Origin: an uncultured Candidatus Rokubacteria bacterium
GTDB taxonomy: Bacteria; Methylomirabilota; Methylomirabilia; Rokubacteriales; CSP1-6
Assembly: GCA_963758635.1 (NCBI GenBank)
Contig: CAVWWD010000005.1
Coordinates: 224,001 to 288,000 of the forward strand
Direction: 5' to 3'
Length of the DNA: 64,000 nt
Numbering within the stretch: position 1 is the first letter of the stretch; the number at the start of each line of letters is the position of its first letter. The notes under the pieces were generated by a model. That model made no database searches and was not told where the DNA came from. It saw only the letters and a program-made list of their open reading frames with translations. Position numbers and translations under genes: made by a program. Shown in pieces: positions 51,601-60,984 of the stretch.

Positions 51601-54190
51601 TTCCCCGGACCGTCTCCTGCTCGTCGAGGCGAAGGCGCTCGCGGGCCACCACGTCGGGGGACGCGCGCTCCACGAACTCCGGACGGGCGAGCTTGCCGCG
51701 GATGAAGGCGATCTCCTTCTCCGCCCGGTCGACCGCCTTCTCGAGCCGCGCGCGCTCCGCGGCGAGGTCGATCGCGCCCTCGAGGTGCACGTAGACCTCC
51801 GCGCCCCCCGCCACCGCGAGCGCGGAGTGGGCCGGGCGCGCCGCGTCGAGGGCCACCTCGAGGCGCACCCGCGCGAGCGCTCCAATGAGGCCCGCCGCCG
51901 CGGTCAGGCGCTCCCGCGCCGCCTCGCTCTCCGGCTTCACCGTCACCTGGAGCTCGAGGGCGGGAGAGATCCGGCTCTCGCTCCGGATCGCGCGGATCGC
52001 GCTCACCACCGCGACCACCGCCCCCATCTCCGCCTCGGCCTCGGGGTCCGTGGCCCGACGCGCCGCCTTCGGGAAGGGCGCGGTCACGATCGTGGGGCCC
52101 TCGTGGGGCAAGCGCTGCCAGATCTCCTCGGAGATGAAGGGCATGAACGGGTGGAGCAGGCGCAGCGTGGCCTCGAGGGTCTCCACCAGGGTCTTCTGCG
52201 TGACCGCGCGCGCCACCGGGTCGGCCGTCTGGTAGAGGCTCCGCTTCGCCATCTCCAGGTACCAGTCGCAGAGCTCGTGCCACAGGAACTGGTACACCGC
52301 CGAGGCCGCGTCGCTAAAGCGATAGGCGTCGAGCGCCTTGCGCACCGTCGTCGTCGTGGCGGCGAGGCGGCTCACGATCCACCGGTCGGCGACGGACGGC
52401 GTCCCTTTCCGCGCCCGGCGCGGGTCGTAGCCGTCGAGGTTGCTGAGGACGAGGCGGGCCGCGTTCCACAGCTTGTTGGCGAAGTTCCGGTAGCCCTCGA
52501 TGCGGTCCTCGCTGATCCGCACGTCCCGCACCCCTGACACGGCCAGGCTCGCGAGCGTGAACCGGAAGGCGTCGGTCCCGAACCGCTCCATCACGTCGAG
52601 CGGGTCGGCCACGTTGCCCTTGGTCTTGGACATCTTCACGCCCTCGGCGTCCCGCACGAGGGTGTTCAGGTACACGTCGCGGAAGGGCACCTCGCCCATC
52701 ATGTGCAGCCCGAACATGGCCATCCGCGCCACCCAGAAGAAGATGATGTCGTACCCGGTGACGAGGACGGACGTGGGATAGAACGTCTCGAGGTCCTTCG
52801 TGCGCTCCGGCCAGCCGAGGGTCGACATGGGCCAGAGGCCGGAGGAGAACCACGTGTCGAGCACGTCGGGATCCTGGCGCAGCGGCCCGCCGCACTGAGG
52901 GCAGGCGGTGAGGTCGGTGCGCGACACGTGCATGCTGCCGTCGCCGTCGCAGTACCAGGCGGGGATGCGGTGGCCCCACCAGAGCTGGCGCGAGATGCAC
53001 CACGGGCGGATGTTGTCCATCCAGTGGTAGTAGGTCTTCGCCCACGAGCGCGGGATGATGCGCATGCGCCGCGAGCGCACGGCCCGGGCCGCCGGCTCGG
53101 CGAGGGGCTCGACGCGCACGTACCATTGCTTGGACACGAGCGGCTCCACCACGCTCTTGCAGCGATAGCAGAGCCCGACGGCGTGACGGTACGGCTCGAT
53201 GCGGTCGATCAGGCCCAGCGCCTGCATGTCCTCGACGATGCGCCGGCGGCACTCGAACCGGTCCAGGCCCGCGTACTTCCCGGCCAGCTCCGTCATGCGG
53301 CCGTCGAAGCCGATCACGGTGCGGATGGGCAGCCCGTGGCGGCGCCCGATCTCGAAGTCCGTCGGGTCGTGCCCCGGCGTGACCTTGATCACCCCGGTGC
53401 CGAAGTGGGGATCGACGGCCTCGTCGGCGACCACGCGGATCGCGATGGTCCCCTCCACCGAGGGCACCTCGAGCGTCTGACCCACGTACTTCCGGTAGCG
53501 GCGGTCCTTCGGGTGCACGGCGATGCCGGTGTCGCCCACCTTGGTCTCGGGCCGGACGGTGCCGAGGGTGAGCGGCCCGTACTTGATGTAGACGAAGTCC
53601 GCGTCGCGCTCCTCGCGCTCGACCTCGAGGTCGGAGAGCACGGTCTGGCAGCGCGGGCACCAGTTCACGATGCGGTCGTCCCGGTAGACGAGGCCTTCCT
53701 CGTACAGACGCGCGAAGGCCTCGCGCACCGCCCGCGAGAGCTGCTCGTCCATCGTGAAGTGCTCGCGTGACCAGTCGCACGACGCGCCGAGCCGCTTGAG
53801 CTGGCGGATGATCGTGCCGCCCGACTCCTCCTTCCACTTCCACGCGCGCTGGAGGAAGGCCTCGCGGCCGATGGCGTGCCGGTTCGTCCCCTCCTGCTCC
53901 AGCTGCCGCTCGAGGATCACGTGCACCGCGATGCCCGAGTGGTCGGTGCCGGGCACCCAGAGGGCGTTCCGCCCGTCCATCCGCTTGTAGCGGATCAGCA
54001 CGTCCTGGAGCGTCATGACGAGGGCGTGGCCCCAGTGGAGCGAGCCGGTCACATTGGGCGGGGGAATGACGATCGTGAAGGGCTTCTTCGGGGAGTCGGC
54101 GTCGGCGTGGAAGTATCCCCGACGCTCCCATTCCGCATACCACCGCGGCTCCACCTCGGAGGGATCGTAGCGGTCCGCGATGTCGGTCAC
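51569..54190 (-). CDS. valS: Valyl-tRNA synthetase
   Basis: PPPNVTGSLHWGH, WCISRQLWWGH, DTWFSS, KMSKT, C-terminal coiled coil. Confidence 0.96.
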   Translation of the reverse strand: MTDIADRYDPSEVEPRWYAEWERRGYFHADADSPKKPFTIVIPPPNVTGSLHWGHALVMTLQDVLIRYKRMDGRNALWVPGTDHSGIAVHVILERQLEQEGTNRHAIGREAFLQRAWKWKEESGGTIIRQLKRLGASCDWSREHFTMDEQLSRAVREAFARLYEEGLVYRDDRIVNWCPRCQTVLSDLEVEREERDADFVYIKYGPLTLGTVRPETKVGDTGIAVHPKDRRYRKYVGQTLEVPSVEGTIAIRVVADEAVDPHFGTGVIKVTPGHDPTDFEIGRRHGLPIRTVIGFDGRMTELAGKYAGLDRFECRRRIVEDMQALGLIDRIEPYRHAVGLCYRCKSVVEPLVSKQWYVRVEPLAEPAARAVRSRRMRIIPRSWAKTYYHWMDNIRPWCISRQLWWGHRIPAWYCDGDGSMHVSRTDLTACPQCGGPLRQDPDVLDTWFSSGLWPMSTLGWPERTKDLETFYPTSVLVTGYDIIFFWVARMAMFGLHMMGEVPFRDVYLNTLVRDAEGVKMSKTKGNVADPLDVMERFGTDAFRFTLASLAVSGVRDVRISEDRIEGYRNFANKLWNAARLVLSNLDGYDPRRARKGTPSVADRWIVSRLAATTTTVRKALDAYRFSDAASAVYQFLWHELCDWYLEMAKRSLYQTADPVARAVTQKTLVETLEATLRLLHPFMPFISEEIWQRLPHEGPTIVTAPFPKAARRATDPEAEAEMGAVVAVVSAIRAIRSESRISPALELQVTVKPESEAARERLTAAAGLIGALARVRLEVALDAARPAHSALAVAGGAEVYVHLEGAIDLAAERARLEKAVDRAEKEIAFIRGKLARPEFVERASPDVVARERLRLDEQETVRGKLAASLAALA

Positions 54191-54196
54191 GGTGCG

Positions 54197-55321
54197 TCAG
54201 TGTAGCACGGGCTGCGCGGCCGACAGGCGCCACGCCCCGCTCGCCGCGCGCGTCCACCAGAGCGACCACGGCGCGGGGCCGTGCCCGTTCGTCGACGGGC
54301 GCAGCGCGCGGCCGTCCGGAGCGCCGGCGAGGCGCTCGTCGGTGGCCGCCACCACCACGAGTCCGGGCATGTCCGGGCTCTGGGCCTCGCACGCCGGCTC
54401 CGGACGGAGGCCGGCGGGCAGCCGCTGCCGCAGCCGCGCGTCCGGCACGAGCTCGGCGAGGCGCCGGGCGTCGCCGCCGGCGAGCGCGGAGAAGAACGCG
54501 GAGACGACCGAGCCCAGGTCGCGGTGCCAGCCGTTCCACACGTGACGGCGGGCCAGCACGGGCGCGCCGCCGTCGGCGGCGGCGCGGTACAGGTCCTCGT
54601 GCTCGGTCTGGCCCTCGCAGCCCGGCTTCCACCCCGGGTAGCGGAGCTCGTAGCGCAGCGTGATCTCTCCGCGCCCGAGCCCCACGTGCGAGGCGGCGAG
54701 GCCGTCGGGGAAGAGGTCGGCGCTGCTCCACGCCCGGGTGGCGTCGGCGTCGCCGCGCTGGCGCCACAGCTCCATGCGCACCGGGCGGCTCCCGCGGCCG
54801 GCGGCGGGCCCGAGCCAGGTCACCAGCCACTGCGCGGAGCCGTCGCGGGCGGGCGGCCACTCCGACACCTCGGGCACACCGTCGTGCGTCACCGTGCGCA
54901 CGGGCCCGATGGAATCGCCGCTCCGCGCGTAGATGCGCATGCCGCCGCTGTCGGGCACGCCGGAGAGGCTGAAGATGCCGACGGTGAACGGGCCACGGAC
55001 GCGGCCGCCGCGCGGCCGGAGCACCTGGAACGACGCGCCGCCCCATGCGCCGCTGAACGCATCGAGCCGATCCTGGATGAACGCGACCGCGGCGAACGGT
55101 CCGCCGCTCTCGAGGTTCTCGACGATCTCCTCGTCCACCAGGGCGTACAGCTCGGTCACCGCGGATCCCGAGGCGTCGCCGGCGCCGAGCTGGGCGAGGG
55201 CGAGGCGGCTCGCCGCGAGGTCACGGAAGCGCTCGAGGCGATCGGTGGCGTGGGCGGAAAGCCCGGCGGCGAGGACGAGGGCGGCGGTGATGCCCGCTAT
55301 CCACGCGCGCGGCGTGTTCAC
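54197..55321 (-). CDS. Exported hypothetical protein
   Basis: Signal-peptide-like N-terminus (..LSAHA), long protein-like ORF ending just before valS. Confidence 0.7.
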   Translation of the reverse strand: MNTPRAWIAGITAALVLAAGLSAHATDRLERFRDLAASRLALAQLGAGDASGSAVTELYALVDEEIVENLESGGPFAAVAFIQDRLDAFSGAWGGASFQVLRPRGGRVRGPFTVGIFSLSGVPDSGGMRIYARSGDSIGPVRTVTHDGVPEVSEWPPARDGSAQWLVTWLGPAAGRGSRPVRMELWRQRGDADATRAWSSADLFPDGLAASHVGLGRGEITLRYELRYPGWKPGCEGQTEHEDLYRAAADGGAPVLARRHVWNGWHRDLGSVVSAFFSALAGGDARRLAELVPDARLRQRLPAGLRPEPACEAQSPDMPGLVVVAATDERLAGAPDGRALRPSTNGHGPAPWSLWWTRAASGAWRLSAAQPVLH

Positions 55322-55345
55322 GACGGTATCGTACAATGGCTGCGG

Positions 55346-57658
55346 ATGCTCCGCATCGTCGACCGCTACGTCCTCAAGGAGCTCGGTCCCCCGTTCGCCG
55401 TCGGCGTGGCCGTGTTCACGTTCTTCCTACTCATCGACCGCGTCTACTCCCTCACCGACCTCGTCATCACCAAGGGCGTGCCGTTCCACCTCGTGCTGTT
55501 CCTCCTCGTGTTCATCCTGCCCGCGTTCCTCACGCAAGCGTTACCCATCGCGCTGCTCGTCGCCGTCCTCCTCGTGTGCGGCCGCCTCGCCGCCGACCTC
55601 GAGATCACCGCGTTCAAGGCGTCGGGCGTGAGCCCGCTGCGCCTGTTCCGTCCCGTCGTTGCCGCCGCCGTCCTCGTGTCGCTCGCCGCCGCCTCGCTCA
55701 CCCTCGTCGTCACGCCGTGGGCGCAGGGCATGTTCCAGCGGCAGCTCTTCCGCATCCTCCAGACGCGCGCGGCGACCGGCATCACGGAGCGCACGTTCAG
55801 CGCGTCCTTCGGCCAGTTCACGCTCTACGTGCAGGACGTGAGCCCGTCCCAGGTCGCCCTCAAGGGCCTGATCGTGTCCGACGAGCGCGACCCCGCCCTC
55901 CTCCGCGTGATCGTCGCCCGCGAGGGCCGTCTCCTCACCGACGAGGAGAACAAGCGCGTGACCCTCCGCTTCCTCGACGGCGAGGTCACCGAGACCGACC
56001 CGGTGACGCGCCGCCGCTTCCGTCACACCGTGTTCACGCTCTACGACATGAACCTGCCCCTGGAGTCGCCGCTGTCGAGCGCGTCCAAGGCCGAGAAGCC
56101 CGAGCGCGACCTCCCCTCCACCGAGCTCCTCGGCCGGGCCCGCGCCCTCGCCGCCGACGGGCAGAAGGTGACGCCGTACTACGTGGAGTTCCACAAGCGG
56201 ATGTCGCTCCCGTTCGCGGCCATCGTCTTCGTGATCATCGGCTTCCCTCTCGGCGTGCGCTCCCAACGGGCCGGCCGCGGTGTGGCCATCGCCACCAGCC
56301 TCGGGATCGTGCTCTCGTACTACTTCGTGATGACGTCCGTCGAGAACATGGCGCACTCGCGCCGCGTCCCCGCCGGCCTCGGCATGTGGGCGCCCAACAT
56401 CCTGTTCGGGGCCGTCGGGCTGGTGATGCTGCGGCTCTCGCTGAAGGGTGTCCGGCTTCCGGGCGGGCGGGTGTTCTGGGTGGCGTGGGAGAACGTCCGG
56501 GAATGGCGGCCGCCCGCGCCACGGGGGTGGACGGCCCGGTGCGGCGGTCTCCTCCGTCTGCCCCGCCGGCGCGCGTCCAGCTTCATCATCGACCGCTACC
56601 TGATGCGGGAGTACGCGAAGTTCCTCGGCATCGCGGCGGCGGTGGGAGTGGTGCTCCTCGCCACCGTGGACCTCCTGCTGGTGCTCGACCGCTTCCTCCG
56701 GGTGAAGCCGCCGCTCACCTACATCCTGCAGCACTTCCTCTTCCGGCTGCCCGGCTTGCTCTACGGCGGGCTCCCCGTCATCGTGCTCATCGCCACCGTC
56801 TTCCTGTTCCTGTCCCTCACGCGCCAGCGCGAGCTCGACGCCCTCAAGGCCGCGGGCATCAGCCTCTACCGGGTGTGCCTGCCCGTCCTCGTCATCGCCG
56901 CCGGGCTGAGCGTCGGGTCCGTGCTCTTCCAGGAGGCGGCGCTGCCCGGGATCAACGCCCGCGCCGACGAGGTTGACCGGGTGAAGATCCGGGGCCAGAA
57001 GCCCAAGCACCTGCAGCAGCGCAGCCAGATCTGGTACCGGTCGTCGGACACGCGATTCTTCCGCCTCCAGCTCCTCGACCCCGCGGAGCAGTCCATCGAG
57101 GGGCTGCTGCTGCTCGAGGTGGACGCGAACTTCCGGCTCGTGAGCCGCCTCGACGCGAGGAAGGTGCGCTGGACCCCGCAGGGCTGGGAGCTGGCCGACG
57201 GCGCGTACCGCGAGGTCGTGGGCCGCACGCTCGAGGCGATGCCGTTCACGCTCACCGTGGTGCAGATGCCCGAGACCATCGAGGACTTCTCCCAGCTCCA
57301 GAAGCCGCCCGACACGATGAGCTTCCTCGAGCTGCGGAGCTACGTGCGGAACCTCCAGGAGAGCGGCCACCAGGTGCGGAAGCACCTCGTTGAGCTCTAC
57401 GCGAAGCTATCGTTCCCCCTCGTCCACGTGATCATGGCCCTGGTCGCGATCCCCTTCGCGCTCCTGTCACCGCGCAGCGGCGGCCGCGCCGTGGGCATCG
57501 GCGTGGCCGTGGCCATCGCCGCCGGGTACTGGATCGTCAACGCCATGGCGCTGTCGTTCGCGAAGGCCGACCTGCTGCCGCCGATGCTCGCCGCGTGGAC
57601 GGCGAACATCGTCTTCCTTGGGCTGGGCGCCGTGCTGTTCCTGCGCGCCCGCACCTGA
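55346..57658 (+). CDS. Fused LptF-LptG LPS export permease
   Basis: Two IxDRY..E starts, two E..A.KA.G.S..R motifs, W.PNI / W.ANI ends. Confidence 0.9.
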   Translation: MLRIVDRYVLKELGPPFAVGVAVFTFFLLIDRVYSLTDLVITKGVPFHLVLFLLVFILPAFLTQALPIALLVAVLLVCGRLAADLEITAFKASGVSPLRLFRPVVAAAVLVSLAAASLTLVVTPWAQGMFQRQLFRILQTRAATGITERTFSASFGQFTLYVQDVSPSQVALKGLIVSDERDPALLRVIVAREGRLLTDEENKRVTLRFLDGEVTETDPVTRRRFRHTVFTLYDMNLPLESPLSSASKAEKPERDLPSTELLGRARALAADGQKVTPYYVEFHKRMSLPFAAIVFVIIGFPLGVRSQRAGRGVAIATSLGIVLSYYFVMTSVENMAHSRRVPAGLGMWAPNILFGAVGLVMLRLSLKGVRLPGGRVFWVAWENVREWRPPAPRGWTARCGGLLRLPRRRASSFIIDRYLMREYAKFLGIAAAVGVVLLATVDLLLVLDRFLRVKPPLTYILQHFLFRLPGLLYGGLPVIVLIATVFLFLSLTRQRELDALKAAGISLYRVCLPVLVIAAGLSVGSVLFQEAALPGINARADEVDRVKIRGQKPKHLQQRSQIWYRSSDTRFFRLQLLDPAEQSIEGLLLLEVDANFRLVSRLDARKVRWTPQGWELADGAYREVVGRTLEAMPFTLTVVQMPETIEDFSQLQKPPDTMSFLELRSYVRNLQESGHQVRKHLVELYAKLSFPLVHVIMALVAIPFALLSPRSGGRAVGIGVAVAIAAGYWIVNAMALSFAKADLLPPMLAAWTANIVFLGLGAVLFLRART

Positions 57659-57724
57659 TCCCACCTCGCGAAGGCCCGCGCGCCGGCGACGAGCGCGCCG
57701 GCCGGGCCGGCGGCGCCGGGCCGA

Positions 57725-60700
57725 TCAGCGATGCGAGGTGCCGGCCGGGGCCGGTTCCGCCGCCGCCGTCGCGGCGACCCGTGGGGCGGCGAGCGGCGCA
57801 TCGAGCACGGGGGCGAGCGCGGGCAGCAGCCCCCCGAGCAGCTTCACGGGCAGCGCGCTCGTGAACTCGTAGCTGCCCGCCGCGCGCCCCGGCACGTAGG
57901 CGGTGACCGTGCCGAAGAACCGGTCGTCGATGGCGAACACGAACGTCGCGGCGCGGCTCACCACGCGCGAGTCGATGAGCCGTCCCCCGCGCCGTAGCGC
58001 TCGTACCGGTGATCGCCGGTGCCGGTCTTACCGCCCGCGACGTGCCGGGCCCTTCCGTCGCCGCGCAGGGCCTCGCCCAGGCTCCTCGCCGTGCCCTGCT
58101 CGACCACGTCGGCGAGGGCGCGCTTCACGGTCTGGGCGACCTCGGGCGCCATCACGCGCCGGCCCTCGGCCGGGATCCGGGCCAGCCGCGCCTCGTACGG
58201 CGTGCCCGCGCCCACGGTCAGCCGCTCCACGAGCACCGTCGGCAGCCGGATGCCGTCATTGACGATGATGCCCATCAGTTCGGCGAGGGCGGCGGGGCGG
58301 TCGCCCGAGCTGCCGATGGCCGTCCCGAGTGACGGCGTCAGCGAGACGAACGGATAGCCGAGGCGCTGCCAGCCGCGGTGCAGCTCCAGGAACACCTCGA
58401 GCTCGAGCAGGCTCGCGATGCGCCGGTCCTGGGCGTAGCGGTGCCGGGTCTTGAAGAGCCAGCCGTACACCTCTTGCCGCTCGGCCGCGCTCGCGCCCAG
58501 AATCTCCGCGAGATCGGCCTCGGGGCGCCGGCGCAGGTAGGCGACCAGCCACAGCTCGAGCGGATGGATGCGCGCGATGAACCCCTGGTCGATGAGCGAG
58601 AAGCGGCCGGGCCTGTAGCGGGCGTGGAGGTCGGCCGCACGCTCGATCACCGGCAGGTCCGGGAGTCGCGCGGCGAGGACGGCGCCGAGGGTCGGCGCGT
58701 CGCCCGCGGGGTTCACGGCGCGGAAGGCGGCGGCGAGCGCATGCGGCGCCCTGCCGGCCGCTCCCGAGCAGCGTCTCCAGCGCCTCGTCGGCGCTCTTGC
58801 CCTGGTACTTGCGGTAGAACCGCCGGATGAACTCCGCGCCCTCGCGGTCGGCGAAGCGGGCCAGATACGTTTCGCGCCGGGTGTCGCCGGGATCGTCCAG
58901 GATGCGACCGATGGAGCCAGGTCGGGCGTACACGTAGTGATCCACGATGTCCCGCATCAGCCGGATGAACACCAGGTTCACCGACCGGCGGAAGCCCTCG
59001 GCCACTGACATGATGCGCCCGTCGTCCTCGGGATCGAAGTTGCCGAAGGCCTGGACGCCGCCGCCCGTGACGAACTGCCCGGGATGGGCGGGATAGCGGC
59101 GCGCCATCGCGGCCGCGAGCATCGCCGCGAGCCCGCGGTCGCGCGCGGTGGCGAGGTGCTCGATCGCCCACGCGCCCAGGCGATCGCGGCGGTGCACCTC
59201 GGACTGGCGGAGCGCCTCCGGCTCGAGGCCGGCCAGCCGCTGGTGGAGCGCGGCCACCGCCTCGAGGTAGCTCACCAGCGTGCGCAGCTTCGCGGTCGAG
59301 CCCAGGTCGATACGCGCGCCCGCGTTCAGGTCCAGGGGCTGGTCGAGGCTGTCCGTCTGCACGCGCACGCGGTTGCCGCCCGGCCCGCGCTCGTAGAGCG
59401 TGAAGCTGTAGATCACGCTCGAGGGGTCGCCGCGCTCGAGCATGTGGAACCCGCGCAGCCCGCGGGCGGCCACCGCGGCGGGATCCCGCAGCGAGTGCAG
59501 CACGCGCGTCACCGCGTCCTGGGCGGCGGCGGACAGCGTGCTCTCGGCGGCGAGGTCGAGGCGGTCCAGATCGTAGAGCGTGCCGGCCCCGACCATCGTC
59601 ACGAGGCGGGAGCGGAGGAGGGTGGCGCCCTTGCGCTCCGCGAAGTCGATGGTCTCCATCGCCGTCGATCGGACCGGATCGAGCCGGAGCCCGGCGGCGG
59701 CCTCCCGCAGGTCCGCGTCGATCACGCCGGCGCGCGCGAGCCGCCTCAGGTAGCGATCGCATAGCTGCTCGAGCGCGCCCGGCTGCTCCACCAGATAGTG
59801 GAACGGCCGCCGCGCGGCCAGGACGAGGCCGAGCACGCGCCGGTACGTCCGCGCCCGCACCTCCCGCGACGCGCGGGTCGGGTCGGAGAGGACGCGCGTG
59901 GCCTCGGCGAGATCGAGCCGGTACCAGGCCCACAGGGCGTCGCCCAGCCCGTGCACCTCGCCGTGCCCCGGCGCGGCGGCCAGGGGCATCGTGTTCAGGT
60001 AGTCGACCAGGATCTGGCGGCGCGCCGTGGTGGTGTCGGGCCCGCCCTGGTAGGCGCGCAGGCTCGCCGCGATCATCTGCGAGAGCTTCTCGCGCGCGGA
60101 GTGCGTGCGCCCGTCCGGTGAGTGTCGGAACTTCTCGATCTGGGTGGCGAGCGTGCTCGCGCCGATGTCGCGGCTGTCGCGGCCCATCACGTTGACCGCC
60201 TTGATGCCCACGGCCTTGACGAGGCGGGGCCAGTCCACGGCGGGGTTGCGCCGTGGATGGGCGGGATCGAGGAGCACGCGGTTCTCCACGAAGAGGAGCG
60301 TGTTCGCCACCAGCGCCGGCACGGACTCGAAGCGATCGAAGACGTGCTCGGGATAGCGGCTCTCGTAGAGCACCTGTCCCGCGCGGTCGAGCACCCGCAG
60401 CCCGGCCTGGCTCTTCTCCTGATAGATGGGAGGCACGCCCCAGGCCAGCACCTCGGCGTGGCGCTCGGAGATCCGCGCCTGCGCCTCGACCTTGAAGCCC
60501 GCGCCGGCCGCGCGCTCGATGAGCGCGGGCAGCCGCGCGTAGCCCAGGCGGATGTCGTGCGGGCCGGTGGCGGGCAGCGGCGGGGCGCCGGCGAGGCCGG
60601 GCTCGACGCGGAAGGTCAGCCCGCCGGCGAGCCGGGAGAGGCGCCACGCCTGGAGCCAGGACGTGCGCATCTCGACGGCGCACACCGCGGCCACGGCCAG

Positions 60701-60820
60701 GCCGAGACCGGCCAAGACCCCGAGGACGATCCAGCGGACGCGGCGCCGGACGGCGCGGCCGCGCTTCGCCTGGACGCTGACGCCCTCCGCGGCGATCGGG
60801 GGGACGAGGACCGGTGGCAC
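57725..60820 (-). CDS. Large transglycosylase/PBP-like protein (frameshifts near 58740, 57985)
   Basis: TM anchor, GASTLATQ, GSTAK (SxxK), SVN, GKTGTGD. Confidence 0.8.
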
Positions 60821-60905
60821 ACCACGAGTCTACATATCCCGCCCGCGAATCGCCGGCAGTTCGCGAAGCGCCCGCGCCCGGCCCGGACGCGCCGGCGGGG
60901 CTAAA

Positions 60906-60984
60906 TGACCCCTCGCAGGGTACGGTAGCCGCCACGGGCCTCTACAGTCCCACCGCTCGGCGTGAGTCTGATGCGCGGGGCTCG
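60906..60984 (+). repeat. 78-bp MITE-like element, copy 6
   Basis: TGACCCCTCGCAGG...GATGCGCGGGGCTCG followed by TTAG (UPF0182 stop). Confidence 0.88.

Noticed and set aside
55346..57658. LptF-LptG fusion as novel
   Set aside because: Fused LptF/G permeases are already known in several bacterial lineages
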